64,000 nt of DNA. Origin: Tortispora ganteri. Taxonomy: Eukaryota. Under the pieces are notes generated by a model. It did not search any database, was not told where the DNA came from, and saw only the letters and a program-made list of their open reading frames with translations. Numbering within the stretch: the stretch's first letter is position 1; every line of letters begins with the position of its first letter. A program made the position numbers and the translations under genes. This document shows positions 39,177 to 51,000 of this stretch, piece after piece. The stretch lies in assembly GCA_003707115.1 (NCBI GenBank), contig PPNB01000002.1, forward strand, positions 310,001-374,000, written 5' to 3'.

Positions 39177-40709
39177 ATGAATTCTTGCGCTATTGATGCA
39201 AAAGAAGTCTTTTCCATATTTGACAATGATTCGGAATCATTTTCTGTATGTGAAAGTAACAAAAAGGTAATTGATTTGCTCTCTTTGTTCAATTCTATGT
39301 TTACTAGTGATTCCCTCAAAGGATTGACTTCTCATTTCGAACACACATTTAAATCGGCAATAAAGACTTCTCCTCATACCATGATACCTACTGCTCTTCT
39401 CACAAAGAACACTTACAGCAAAGATGCAATAGTGGGCGGACAATACCTTGCCATAGATATAGGTGGCTCAAATGCCCGCTACGCATTGGTGCGTGTGGAT
39501 AATAATGCTTCCAATCTTACGGAGATACTTTTTCGCATATCATACCCCATCCCAGATAATGTAAAGCTTTTAAATGGTCCAGAGTTTTTTGATTGGATAG
39601 CCCTAAAAGCTTTACCTGTTATAGACTATGCTCGCTCTCTAACTGGTTTGGAGGTCCCCTTGAAGGCAGGAATCACTTGGTCATTTCCTTTTGATATGAG
39701 TGGGAATTCTTTGAAGATGTCTAAGGGGTTCAAGGTATCTGAAAGTATACGTGGCTGGAATATAAAGGACTCGCTAAATCGATCACTCAAGTCACTTAAT
39801 ATTCCTGCTATCGTTTGCAATGTTTGTCATGACGCTTCTGCTGTTTACCTTTACGGCATCTCTCTTGATCCACCAACAATGTGTGGTTTAGTTTTAGGAA
39901 CTGGTCTTAATGTTGCTTTTTCACTTCCGACTCATTGCTTATCACACAAGGTTCCTACAGGCTCCTCTAACTTACAAGAAGATTTTTGCATTGTTAATAC
40001 TGAAGTTGGAATGTTTGGTACTCCAAAAAAATTCTCGTCGCCGTGGGATCCCGAATTTGAGACTGAATCAGAACCTGTGTCAGAATGCGACGAAATACCT
40101 GATCAAAGCTACAGCATTAAACGAGAAGCATTCGATAATGAGGATCTTTTTACTGATTCGAATTCTGATCCCTATTTACCCAGTAACATTCCTTTAGAAG
40201 TGATAGTTTCGGGTCGAGGTCTAGGATCAGTATTTCAAAACATTGTTATTGAATTACATGATAGATCTTTAATATTCTCAGATGGTCTCCCTTTCTGCTT
40301 TTTACAACCTAATTCTGTGCAGACTGAAGATTTGTCACTACTAATGGAGCAACCAACGGTTGAACTAATCAAATCGACATTCAGCGATCTATTTCACAGC
40401 AAAGTATCTGATAATGACATTAGAATTATCACATACATAATAAAACTAATTATTTTACGTTCTGCTGCGGTTCTTGCTTGTGCTCTTAGAGCACTATCTC
40501 TTATTGAGTCGCAGCTGAACGATCTCTACTTGCAATCTATACATTGCAGTGCGGCATGTTGCGGATCTGTCATGGAAAAATTCCCTCACTATCAGGAGCT
40601 TTGTTTATATTTCCTGGAGAAATTGTCGGATCAACCCTGGACTCTTCATTCATACGCTGAAGCCACCCTAGTAGGTCCCGCTATCTCAACTTCTAAAAAT
40701 ATAGCTTGA
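39177..40709 (+). CDS. Divergent hexokinase-family protein (GlcNAc kinase Nag5/HxkD-like clade)
   Basis: YLAIDIGGSN, AGITWSFPF, MSKGF, GLVLGTGLN, VNTEVGMFG, PLEVIVSGRGLG. Confidence 0.75.
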   Translation: MNSCAIDAKEVFSIFDNDSESFSVCESNKKVIDLLSLFNSMFTSDSLKGLTSHFEHTFKSAIKTSPHTMIPTALLTKNTYSKDAIVGGQYLAIDIGGSNARYALVRVDNNASNLTEILFRISYPIPDNVKLLNGPEFFDWIALKALPVIDYARSLTGLEVPLKAGITWSFPFDMSGNSLKMSKGFKVSESIRGWNIKDSLNRSLKSLNIPAIVCNVCHDASAVYLYGISLDPPTMCGLVLGTGLNVAFSLPTHCLSHKVPTGSSNLQEDFCIVNTEVGMFGTPKKFSSPWDPEFETESEPVSECDEIPDQSYSIKREAFDNEDLFTDSNSDPYLPSNIPLEVIVSGRGLGSVFQNIVIELHDRSLIFSDGLPFCFLQPNSVQTEDLSLLMEQPTVELIKSTFSDLFHSKVSDNDIRIITYIIKLIILRSAAVLACALRALSLIESQLNDLYLQSIHCSAACCGSVMEKFPHYQELCLYFLEKLSDQPWTLHSYAEATLVGPAISTSKNIA

Positions 40710-40805
40710 TAGGATTCCAGTTATAATAAGTAATTTAATGATCTCCTTTAAAATGCGAATGAAATTATGATGTAGCGTAGCTAAATATGACAGTTAGGAT
40801 ACTGG

Positions 40806-42941
40806 CTACTGATAGCTCCTCAATGGAGTGTTATTCATCGGGTATCCGAGAAAATTAAGCAATGGATCCATAGAGATTGCAACATTTCTTAATTGAAACT
40901 CTTGTAAAGATTCAGATTCAGGACTGGGGCTGTTGAAAATAGAACGAAGACCAGGATCCTTTTGGAAACTATCCAGAAATTCGTCAGGACCGGCATTTCC
41001 TAATAAAAGAGTATTTTCTTTGGCTTTAGCCAATTTTCTTAAGTCATTAAGCACTGAAATTGCTTCCTTTGCAACTTTGTTTTTATCTGCGATCATCTGC
41101 TCAGCTTCTATGACGTTTCTAATGGACATTCGAATTTCTGAGGCAGCGACATCTAGGGGATCAATAATCAAGAACATGCAGAGAGCAACACCAGCCGAAA
41201 ACAAAGTCAAACTCAAAAAAGAAATAGCAAATGAGTCTATAGTGTCTCTAATAATCCACGGGAACTTAGAAGCGGACGCAATCCTTAGGGCGGCTTCTTT
41301 GCAACGTGCCAAACAAGCTGTAACGAAAGCCTCAGTCTCTTGAGAATCAAATCGGAAATTATACTTGGCCTGACCGGCCCTGACCAGCAGAAACGGCCTA
41401 TGCAAGCTCAGTATAATGTTATCGTAGGCAGACTGCAGAGACAGGCTCTGCATCTTTATCTTCCTTGCTCTAGCTGAATCGGTAAGTCGGGTGTCTTCCA
41501 AGTTATCAAAAGCCAAAATTGGTGGAACTGTTTTCTTGAATTCTTGCAGTCTAACATAAAGATCTGAAATGACGCTTTCCAGTGAGAGTAAGTCTGAAGG
41601 GCTGCTCTGTCGCTGGTATAAAGTGTCACTAACGACTGACGAGAGAGTGTACAGATGCTGCTTGCACTTATGAAATTCTAGTAGATCATAATCCTTAAAA
41701 CTTGGTGGAGTTTCGCAAAACATAGATTTGACGAAAATGTGGCTATCTGAGAACCCAGGCGGACATCCGAATGCTAGAGCGCAGTACCTATCTGCTGTAT
41801 ATAGAGCCCAGAAACAACAGCGCCAGGACTCACGCTGCAGCAAACTAAATTGTGGAGGAGGTTCTAGATTAAGCCGTATAGCTAGTGCGCATCTGAGGCC
41901 GGCACCGATAATGGACCAAGCCATATTAGGAGACCGGTAATATAAATGAAAAAGTCCAAACACTATGCAGAACTGTACTGATTCAAGACAACAGTCCCTT
42001 ATAACGGCAAAGAATCTTTCTTCACACCGTTTAATAAGCATAACTTCGAGAGTACCAAAATCAAAATTAGCGTCAGCTCGTTGGCACTCAGGCATTGTCT
42101 GGCAACCGACTGCGAACATAGCGAGCAGTAGAAGGACAATAGGTCCGTCAGTGACATCCATTGATTTAGTTATTACGATCCTTTCGTAATGTTCTCGTAT
42201 AGATTGTTCAAATATTATATGCATAAACCATTGCATAGAATCAAAGTAGTTTGCGAACAATAGATCAAGTATATCTTTTGGAGGTAGTTCCATGTTTATG
42301 AATTCCTCGACCCTGATCATAGCATGTTGCTTGCGTGCATTTATATCAGCAAAGGACGACGTATCTGCATTAAATAAATGTTCCGAATGATGTAGACGAA
42401 ATACACGTCTTGTCATCTCTAAGACGGTAAAGGGCATGAAGAGGTTTTCTTCGTACAATGACTGGTATTCGGGAGACTGAGGGGGTACCGGGTTATAAAG
42501 GCCTGTAGTAGCGCTATTGTTGTGAAAAGGTGTCGCATTCGCAGGCAGAGATAACTCTTGAGCAGAAGTATTCACATAGTTAACGTATGAGTGAGCAGGG
42601 GAAACAGACTGTGCATCATTTGTGGAGGAGGAACCCGCGGTTGCAGCTGGTGTAACGGTAGAGGTTCTTGGTGTGGACGGAGTATGAGGTTTGTCAGAAT
42701 ATGTGTCGTTAGTTAAAAAAAACTCTGCAACAACAGGCGGTTGAACCCCAGGAAGGCTCTGTATTTTGGATACTCTTCCGCGAGGTTTTGATGCTTTTGT
42801 GACAGAGGGTAAGCATTCAGTTCTAGCTCGCGAGCACATCGCGCATGGTCTTATGTTGTCGCAACGTACTTTAAGACGCCGGCATCTTTGGCAAGCTTTA
42901 CCGACGCGTCTGCTTTCAGAAGACTCCAGTATTGTCACCAT
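40806..42941 (-). CDS. Zn(II)2Cys6 transcription factor with fungal middle homology region
   Basis: CQRCRRLKVRCDNIRPCAMCSRARTEC; AWSIIGAGLRCALAIRLN..RESWRCCFWALYTADRY; first in-frame ATG at 42941. Confidence 0.93.
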   Translation of the reverse strand: MVTILESSESRRVGKACQRCRRLKVRCDNIRPCAMCSRARTECLPSVTKASKPRGRVSKIQSLPGVQPPVVAEFFLTNDTYSDKPHTPSTPRTSTVTPAATAGSSSTNDAQSVSPAHSYVNYVNTSAQELSLPANATPFHNNSATTGLYNPVPPQSPEYQSLYEENLFMPFTVLEMTRRVFRLHHSEHLFNADTSSFADINARKQHAMIRVEEFINMELPPKDILDLLFANYFDSMQWFMHIIFEQSIREHYERIVITKSMDVTDGPIVLLLLAMFAVGCQTMPECQRADANFDFGTLEVMLIKRCEERFFAVIRDCCLESVQFCIVFGLFHLYYRSPNMAWSIIGAGLRCALAIRLNLEPPPQFSLLQRESWRCCFWALYTADRYCALAFGCPPGFSDSHIFVKSMFCETPPSFKDYDLLEFHKCKQHLYTLSSVVSDTLYQRQSSPSDLLSLESVISDLYVRLQEFKKTVPPILAFDNLEDTRLTDSARARKIKMQSLSLQSAYDNIILSLHRPFLLVRAGQAKYNFRFDSQETEAFVTACLARCKEAALRIASASKFPWIIRDTIDSFAISFLSLTLFSAGVALCMFLIIDPLDVAASEIRMSIRNVIEAEQMIADKNKVAKEAISVLNDLRKLAKAKENTLLLGNAGPDEFLDSFQKDPGLRSIFNSPSPESESLQEFQLRNVAISMDPLLNFLGYPMNNTPLRSYQ

Positions 42942-44351
42942 ATCTAGGTGTAGCGGAGTATGCGACAATTATGAGGTGGTATTGACGAATTGATGTGGGG
43001 TTGAGAAGAGGGGCTCGAAGGTTTGTGGAGCAGGAGAACTGGAAACCTTAACGGGGAAGTGTGGGTTGTAGTTCTACAGATTATGCCCGACAGTCATATA
43101 TCATTGTGTGGGTAACTAAATACTTGTACAAAAATTCAATTTATATTATAGTGAGTAAGAAATAGAAGAGGAGACGGGATTGTGATTGTCTTTTTAAGTA
43201 GCTCATTGCCTTAGGCGGGATGTGCAAGTGCCCGCACATAAAGTTTAACTACAATAAGCCAACTAATCCTCCAATACAGTAAGTAGATCATGAGACTTGA
43301 CAAGTCAATTCTTCTATAATATCCTTTACTTTCTAGTTGCCTGATTAAGCAAGGAGTCTAAGAAGATAAAACAATATGTTCAGAATATTAATAAAAGTGT
43401 AGATTGCCTATTTTGCCGTAGAACTTTTCAAAAGCACGCATAACATTGATACTAGCTGGCGTATAAGTATTCAAACTAGGATTCTATTTGTTCTTATCCT
43501 TGTCGACCTTTAAGAAAACTCATTTTTGTAAACATTTATCGAGCAATCTGTATTTTATTGAATCATTCGTTAATATCAAACAATATCTAATCGCGTGCGT
43601 GTTAGAGTCAAGAAATATCACTATCACTGTAGCTTTGCTACCTAAAATAGGTCCTGTCTATAAACCAGATGAGATGTTTTTTTTTTACGACAACGGTTAC
43701 CCTAAGAACGAATTCTAGAGTTTCATTTTTATTATCCGCACTGTAAACTAAATTTCAATTCAGGGACTTTCCGCTCCTCCGAACTTGACTTGCCCCTTAA
43801 ATTTATCGCATTTTAAGCGGCATTCAGGCAAGACAAGAAATTATATTTATACTAGTTTCTGTAGCATATGTTAAATATAATTATCCCCTTTGATTTGAAA
43901 CAAGAGAATGTGATAATATGCCATTGATTTGTGTGATGCGGTGAAACGGATTGATTTGCAGATGTGAATAGAATTTACCCAACTGCTCAAGTGAAAAAAA
44001 AAAACTTTAAAATTGCTAGCAATGACGGCTCATCTGCGTCCTTTTACCCTAGCGTTCCTTAACTTGTCATTAGGTTTCCTTTGTAATAGTTAGTATTTTA
44101 TAAGTATTCCCGTCTTTTTACCGATCTAATGTTTCCAGAACGGCCACTTAAGTGAGTTTTGCTCCTAGCATTAGCTTCCTCCTCTAAAACTAAAACCTTC
44201 TTAATAGCCGAGGATTCACTCTATGATGTACCTCCTGCAGAAATATAGCTTAATTCAATACAATTACGCTACTGGTGTAAATACCAGCTGTATTCTAGCA
44301 TTGTAACATTTTTTTAGTGATTTCAACATGGTATTTTCATACATTACGCCT

Positions 44352-44531
44352 CCCCACTTGCGGTGCAACAAGATCACTTGTTACCGCACGGTTAAACCTT
44401 ATCATACGTCCACCAATAACAGTGGCTAACCCCGGATTTTTTTTTTACAGTAAGGTTCTAGTGTAGTAGCATTTCCCCGCTCGCTCTATTCGGAGGCTCT
44501 TCCACTCTCCTCTTTATGCTGTGAATATAAA
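44352..44531 (+). promoter_or_regulatory. ADH proximal promoter: Mig1/CreA boxes, CGG inverted repeat, TATA
   Basis: CCCCAC 44352, CCCCGG+ATTTTT 44430, CCCCGC 44475; TGCGGT-GC-AACAAG-ATCA-CTTGTT-ACCGCA 44359-44388; TATAAA 44526. Confidence 0.55.
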
Positions 44532-44610
44532 TAACAATGCCTTTCTCAAGTGATTTTCCCATTCTGAAGGCAACTTTTAAAGTTTCAACAATTTTCTGAC
44601 ATTATCAAAA

Positions 44611-45687
44611 ATGGCTCCTGTCGAAGTTCCCAAAGTACAACGTGCGCTAGTTTGCGAGAAACCACAAAAGGACTACGAGCTCAAACTCGTCGATGATTAT
44701 CCTGTACCAAAGCCCAAGTATGGCGAAGTTCTAGTCAAATTGTCTTCTACTGGTGTGTGTCACTCTGACCTTTCATTACTTCAAGATCACTGGGCTGGTG
44801 CACTCTCCATGCAGTGCAAAGTTGCCGGTCACGAAGGTGTAGGTCGCATTGTCGCTCATGGCGAAGGTGTAGACAAAGAAAAATTTCCCATTGGACTTCG
44901 CTGCGGTGTTCCTTTAATGCGTCACGTATGCCACAACTGCGAAGAGTGCTGGTTGCCCGGCCAAGAATGCTACTGCGATAGTGGACTTTTCTCTGCTGTC
45001 CAGCTCGATGGCTCGTTCATGGAATACGTCCCCCTCGAAACAAGCTATTTCTGCCCTGTACCAGAAGAAATTCCCGACAAATATGTTGGACCTATTCTCT
45101 GCGGTGGTGTTACCGTTTACAAGTCCATCAAGAACGCTGGTCTTAATTGCGGTGACTGGCTCGTCGTAACTGGTGCCGGTGGTGGTCTTGGCAGCATGGC
45201 TATTCAGTATGCCAACGCTAAAGGCATTCGTGTTATTGGTGTCGACACTGGCAGCGAGAAGGAAGCCACTTGTGTTGCTGCTGGCATTGAGAAGTTCATT
45301 GACTTTCGCAAGGTCAAAGACGTCACCGCCGAAGTATTCAAGATCACTGGAGGAAAAGGCGCTCACGGTTCAATGGTCCTTGTTCCTTCAGAGGCAGCGT
45401 ACAACCAGGCTGTTACCTACTTACGTAAACATGGTGCACTCATGTGCGTTGGTCTTCCCGATGTCACTGCTACTGTCAAGATTTCTCCTGTAGTAGCAGT
45501 ATTCCGCGATATCAAGGTCATTGCTTCACTTGTAGGTACTCGCCAGGATATTGCTGAAGCCCTCGATCTTGCTGCTCGTGGTAGGTTCCATCCTTATGTT
45601 GAAGAATATGAACTGAAGGACGCTAAGAAGGTACTAGACACCATGGCGTCTGGCCAACTAAATGGTCGTGCCGTACTGAAATTCTAA
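44611..45687 (+). CDS. Zinc-dependent alcohol dehydrogenase (MDR, fungal Adh1/CAD3-like), NAD-type
   Basis: GVCHSD, GHEGVG, structural-Zn C..C..C...C, PILCGG, GAGGGLG, VDTG, GRAVL. Confidence 0.93.
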   Translation: MAPVEVPKVQRALVCEKPQKDYELKLVDDYPVPKPKYGEVLVKLSSTGVCHSDLSLLQDHWAGALSMQCKVAGHEGVGRIVAHGEGVDKEKFPIGLRCGVPLMRHVCHNCEECWLPGQECYCDSGLFSAVQLDGSFMEYVPLETSYFCPVPEEIPDKYVGPILCGGVTVYKSIKNAGLNCGDWLVVTGAGGGLGSMAIQYANAKGIRVIGVDTGSEKEATCVAAGIEKFIDFRKVKDVTAEVFKITGGKGAHGSMVLVPSEAAYNQAVTYLRKHGALMCVGLPDVTATVKISPVVAVFRDIKVIASLVGTRQDIAEALDLAARGRFHPYVEEYELKDAKKVLDTMASGQLNGRAVLKF

Positions 45688-45928
45688 ACGCACTACGAAA
45701 CAGTAGTACGGTTTAATTCATTTTTTGCTTATCTTTTTTTAGGTGAATTATCAATTGACTAACCCACTTCTATGAATTTTCCATAACGTATTTAATTAAA
45801 AACGTATTAGGTAAAATATCGGGAGCCAGATCCGAGATATACACATTATGCTTTCTCATTTATCAGCTGATTTGAGAGACTAGATTTATTCTCTTCAACG
45901 ACATTCCACGCCATTTTTGTCTTCAATC

Positions 45929-46552
45929 ATGAAAAAGTGTCTGTTTATAGTTGATATGCAAGAGGATTTTCTTCCTCCAAATGGCGCTCTTGCGGTAAAT
46001 CAAGGTCGCGATATTATTCCTCGTATCAATGAGTTAGCAAAATCTGGAGAATATGATCTAATAGTCATGTCAAGAGACTGGCATCCAAAAGGTCACATCT
46101 CGTTTGCTTCGGCACATACTGGAGCTGAAGCATACAACACTGTTATTGATATTAAGCATCCGAGCGGCAAAGGTGACTACTATAAGGAAAGACTCTGGCC
46201 AGATCATTGTATCCAAGGGTCAAGAGGCGCAGAGTTTGCCCAGGAACTCGACGTTAATCCTGATTATATTGTCAACAAAGCTGCCGATCAAGAAATTGAA
46301 CAATATTCTGCGTTTTGCGATGTATGGGGAATAACAGAGACAGACCTGGATAACTACTTGAAAGCGCAAGGTGTAACTAATATCGACGTTGTGGGTGTGG
46401 CGTATGATTACTGCGTCAGTAGCACCGCTCGTGATGCTGCGAAGTACGGCTATAAGACGAGATTAATACGCGAATGCACTAAAGCAGTTGATCCTGCTTC
46501 TATTCCTACTGTTGAAAAACAATTAATTAGTGCTGGAGTGGAACTCGTTTAG
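45929..46552 (+). CDS. PNC1: Nicotinamidase/pyrazinamidase
   Basis: VDMQEDF..GAL, RDWHP..HISFAS, LWPDHCIQ, YSAF, GVAYDYCV. Confidence 0.95.
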   Translation: MKKCLFIVDMQEDFLPPNGALAVNQGRDIIPRINELAKSGEYDLIVMSRDWHPKGHISFASAHTGAEAYNTVIDIKHPSGKGDYYKERLWPDHCIQGSRGAEFAQELDVNPDYIVNKAADQEIEQYSAFCDVWGITETDLDNYLKAQGVTNIDVVGVAYDYCVSSTARDAAKYGYKTRLIRECTKAVDPASIPTVEKQLISAGVELV

Positions 46553-46690
46553 CGTACATTTCAACTACTTACTGACGACAAACCCGTACAATATTTCAGC
46601 GAAACAATAGTCATGTTTATCAGGTAATATAAGGTATATATGATCATTAAAATAAAAGCCATTAGCTGAAATCTAATAGAGAAACCACCG

Positions 46691-47176
46691 TTAGCCGCTT
46701 CCCTTAGTATTGAGAATGAGAGCAACAATAAGCCCATATAATCCAAGTACTTCTGAGAAAATGAGAATAAGAACCATACCAACAAATAGTCGCGGCTGGT
46801 TTAGAAAATCTCTCACACCTTCATCGCCAACTATACCAATAGCATAACCAGCAGCTAGTGCAGAGAGGCCTACAGAAAAGCCACAACCAAGGTGCATAAA
46901 CCCATTGAAAAGGGTGTACGTCTGAGTAGGACTCATATCGCCAGCAATTAAAACACTAACGACTAAACCGTATACAGCAAGGATACCGCTCATTACTACC
47001 GGGATTAGTGAACGCATGATAATCTCTGGCTTAAAAATACCAGCACCAGCAATGCCAATACCGGACTTGGCAGTACCTATAGCAGAACCCGCCGACGATA
47101 GAATTATAGCTGCAGCACAGCCTGCAAAACCAAAAAACGGCGCAAATGCAGGTGCATATTCTGATACTTCAGACAT
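46691..47176 (-). CDS. VMA11: V-ATPase proteolipid subunit c'
   Basis: [62 protein letters not shown] at 47176. Confidence 0.92.
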   Translation of the reverse strand: MSEVSEYAPAFAPFFGFAGCAAAIILSSAGSAIGTAKSGIGIAGAGIFKPEIIMRSLIPVVMSGILAVYGLVVSVLIAGDMSPTQTYTLFNGFMHLGCGFSVGLSALAAGYAIGIVGDEGVRDFLNQPRLFVGMVLILIFSEVLGLYGLIVALILNTKGSG

Positions 47177-48026
47177 TTTGTAATATTTTTCGATTCTATA
47201 TCTTTTCAATCGATGTCAAAGTCGTTATAATTATAGATAAGAATAGCTTTAAAAGGTATTACCCAGAAGTGATGTCACAAAGCTATTCTTATTACAAATT
47301 GGAAAATTCAATAATAATATAATAAATCTCCTTTGTGTTCAAGCCCACGTCCTTGCGTTGTACACCTGATGCAATTGTTAAAGCACTTTGGCAGGAGAGT
47401 AGGTCAGCCGAAGTGGTCGATTCTACCAATGTGCAAGTGCACGTTGCTATGTAGAATCACGTGATATATTTGGGAATTTCAAATGTTGTTGAGCGGTTAA
47501 GTGAGTTATAAAAGTCATCAGTAACAGTGATCCAGGCACGACTAATATCAATTATATCTTAAGGTATTTTCTGTAATCTATTACTATTCAAATTATCAAC
47601 TTTGAATATTAAAATTTGCTTTAATAATGTTGTAATTTTCTTTGACTTTAGCGGAGGCAGGATCTCTTATTCTAAAAAAGGCCAAACAAACGTAAACCCA
47701 TAGACTTTCGTAACCCTTCTCCCTCTCCCACCTTCTGAACGCTTCACCAAACCTCCATAAAACTGCAAGGTTAAAAAAAGGGATCTGGCGCATATTATTT
47801 CGTATTCGCCTTTTCTTTCTTTTGTTAACCGTCGAGATCTTTGACTTAAAAAGAGTTGCAGTTACTCATTTGACTACGCAGTTACTATTTGCTCTGAGCT
47901 TTCAGCGAAGGCCCTTTTTGTTTGACTATTATTATAAAAGCTAGAAAATACTCTCACTGGTGTGGTTTAAAGAAAAGTGGATTGACTACCTTTTATTGTC
48001 CTCTATTTCTTGATAATTAAATAATA

Positions 48027-51000
48027 ATGTCTTCTTCACATTTAGATGAAACTCCTCGCCACCGCGCGCAGGTAGAGGCTGCATTCTCTTCCATATTTGG
48101 AGCAGTTCCTCCACCTGGCAGAACCGTTTCCTCTTCTTCTTCCTCATCGACTCCCGGCTCACCTTTGGAGTCGAACCATGTATTTCAGCATCCTAGCCAT
48201 GGTAAACGACTCTCGGGCCATACCCCTCCTAGTTTGGCTCTAGCTCCTAACGACCCATCTCAAGTCAAATCGGGACCCAGGCCTACTTCTTTGCATTCAG
48301 CTGGCCTCCCGACTCGTGTGGTTACAGACTCATTTCCATCTGCCACATCATCTGCTGCAATACCGCCTCAACCTCGCTCTGCATTACCTTCGCTATATAC
48401 TAATTATAATCAACAACAGGAACGGTCTACCATTTCCCCGCCTACAAATACTGGTCCACCAATCTCAGCCGGCCCCACTTCTTCGCATGCACTTCGATCT
48501 TTATCCCAAACAACTAATTGGAGACGCTCGTTTGATCGCGTGGTATCTGCCGAGTTTATTTCTCCTCGGTTATCCTCAGATTCTTTTCGCGAAGGCTTGC
48601 CAATTAATGATGCTCGCGCTCCATCCCAACCTCTTTCATACAGCAGACAGTCCTCCTCTTCTTCCATGGGTCCTGGTTCTAGTCCGAGTACAGAATTATC
48701 TAATGCTCCTCCAATGCGCTCCTCATCTAATGGGACACAACTGTTGAAAGCATCCACTGCTGTAACTAATCAGAAACACAGCCTAGTATATCCTGCCCTC
48801 CTCTCCAAAGTAGCTGAGGCTTTCGAAAATCGTATAATTACCGGTGAACGCAATAAGAACTCTCTAACTTACACTAAAGCTTTTACAGGTGCTGAAGCTG
48901 TCGATGCTCTGGCTCATATAATCAAAACTAGTGATCGAAATCTAGCGTTGCTCCTTGGCCGAGCTTTAGATGCTCAGAAATTTATTCACGACGTCACATA
49001 TGACCACCGTTTACGAGATACCCATAATGAAGTATACCAATTTCGCGAACGAACATTTGACGAAGACGCATCCACCACCGGAGTAAATGGTGTGTTCACT
49101 CTTCTATCAGAATGCTATTCTCCTACGTGTAGCAGGGATCGATTGTGTTACTCTATTGCCTGCCCAAGGCGACTGGAACAACAAGCTAGACTGATGCTCA
49201 AGATACAGCCGGGTCTAAAGCGGAATGAGTCCCGCTCTTCTATTCATGGTGAAGAAACAGAAAAGAAGCTCTGGATATACTCCGTGCCAAAGGATGTTGC
49301 GGATTCCGTTTCAGACAAAGAACGAAAGAGACAAGAAGTTATATGCGAGTTCATGTACACTGAAAGAGATTATGTTAAAGATCTGGAGTATCTGCGTGAT
49401 TGCTGGATGAAACCTCTTAGAAGGGGAACAATAATAGCCGAACACCGAAGAGAAAAGTTCATTCGAGCGGTTTTTGCCAATATATTAGATATTCATGCCG
49501 TCAATGTGAAACTTGCTGAAGCTTTAACAAAGAGACAACAACAAAACCCTGTGGTAAGAGAAGTGGGTGACATTATCATTGAGTATGCCAAAAACTTCGA
49601 GCCCTACATTCAATACGGAGCCAACCAAGTTTATGGCAAGTATGAATTTGAACGCGAAAAAGCTAGTAATCCTGTTTTTGCCAAGTTTGTTGATGAAACG
49701 GAACGATTGAAAGAGTCTAGAAAACTTGAATTAAATGGTTATCTCACAAAACCTACATCACGATTAGCTAGATACCCTTTGCTGCTAGATGCTATTTTGA
49801 AGAATACTAGTGCGGATTCTCCTGATCAAATTAATATCCCTAAAGCCGTGGAGATTGTCAGAAGCTTTTTGACAAGGTTAAACGCGGAAACTGGTAAAGC
49901 CGAGAATAGGTTCAACCTTTTACAACTGAATCAAAGTCTTGTGTTCCGCCCAGGAGAGCATTTTGATCTTAAGCTGACTGAAGAAAACCGACAACTAATC
50001 TTTAAAGGATTTTTGAAAAAGCGTATGCAAGACGCACAAGCCGATATCCAAGCATTCTTATTTGATCATTCTCTTTTATTTGTTCGTGTCAAAAATGTGA
50101 ATAAGCGAGAGCAATTGAAGGTTCATAGAAAGCCAGTTCCTTTAGAACTTCTTGTCATTTCACAATATGAGAATGCTACATCGAAGCTTGCACTCGCGAA
50201 AAGACCGTCTACTTCTCTTATTCATGCTGGCCGATCAGCTCAAGGTTCTAAAATTGAGACATCCAATACGAAATACCCCTTGTCATTTGTGCATTTGGGA
50301 CGACGAGGTTACGAGTTAACGTTGTATGCACCTACATTTGTTAGTCAAAAGAAATGGATGGAACACATAGAAGCTCAGCAAAAGAAACTGCGAGAAAGGT
50401 CTGGTGTGTATGCAAAACATATTCTTTCTTCGTCGTTTTTTGATTCTCAAGAGCGTGTTAACTGCGCAATACCATTTGATGGCAGTCGTAAGCTTTTATA
50501 TGGAACAGACCATGGCATATTTTGGTCTGAAATGCGAGTTAAGCCTGGAACTATTGCACAGAAACCTGCAAAGATTGTGGCAATGACTAACGTGTCACAA
50601 ATTGAGCTATTAGAGGAGTATGGCATGATGTTGGTACTTGCGGACAAGACTCTGTATTCATTTCCATTGGATGCGGTGCTTGAGGCTACTATATCATCGT
50701 CTGGTAGCCCAACGTCTATTAGCGTTAAATCTTCTAGCACCAACAGCGGCTTGTCAGTGCATGATATGGCTGCATTGAGCCGGCGTGCCAAGAAGGTAGT
50801 TGGTCATATAAACTTCTTCCGTGCTGGTATATGTTTAGGTCAACTTTTTGTATGTACTGTCAAATCAGGATCGATGACTAGTACTGTTCGTGTATGGGAG
50901 CCAGCTGACCACCTGAACAAAGGCAAGAAGCAACCTGCTTTGAAGAAGCTGTTACAAAACCAAAGTGAAACCTTGAAGTTATACAAAGAGTTTTATATTC

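Noticed and set aside
44611..45687. Bacterial horizontally acquired ADH
   Set aside because: Has the fungal-type GAGGGLG nucleotide-binding loop and a yeast-like N-terminus rather than the GxGGLG AdhP pattern.
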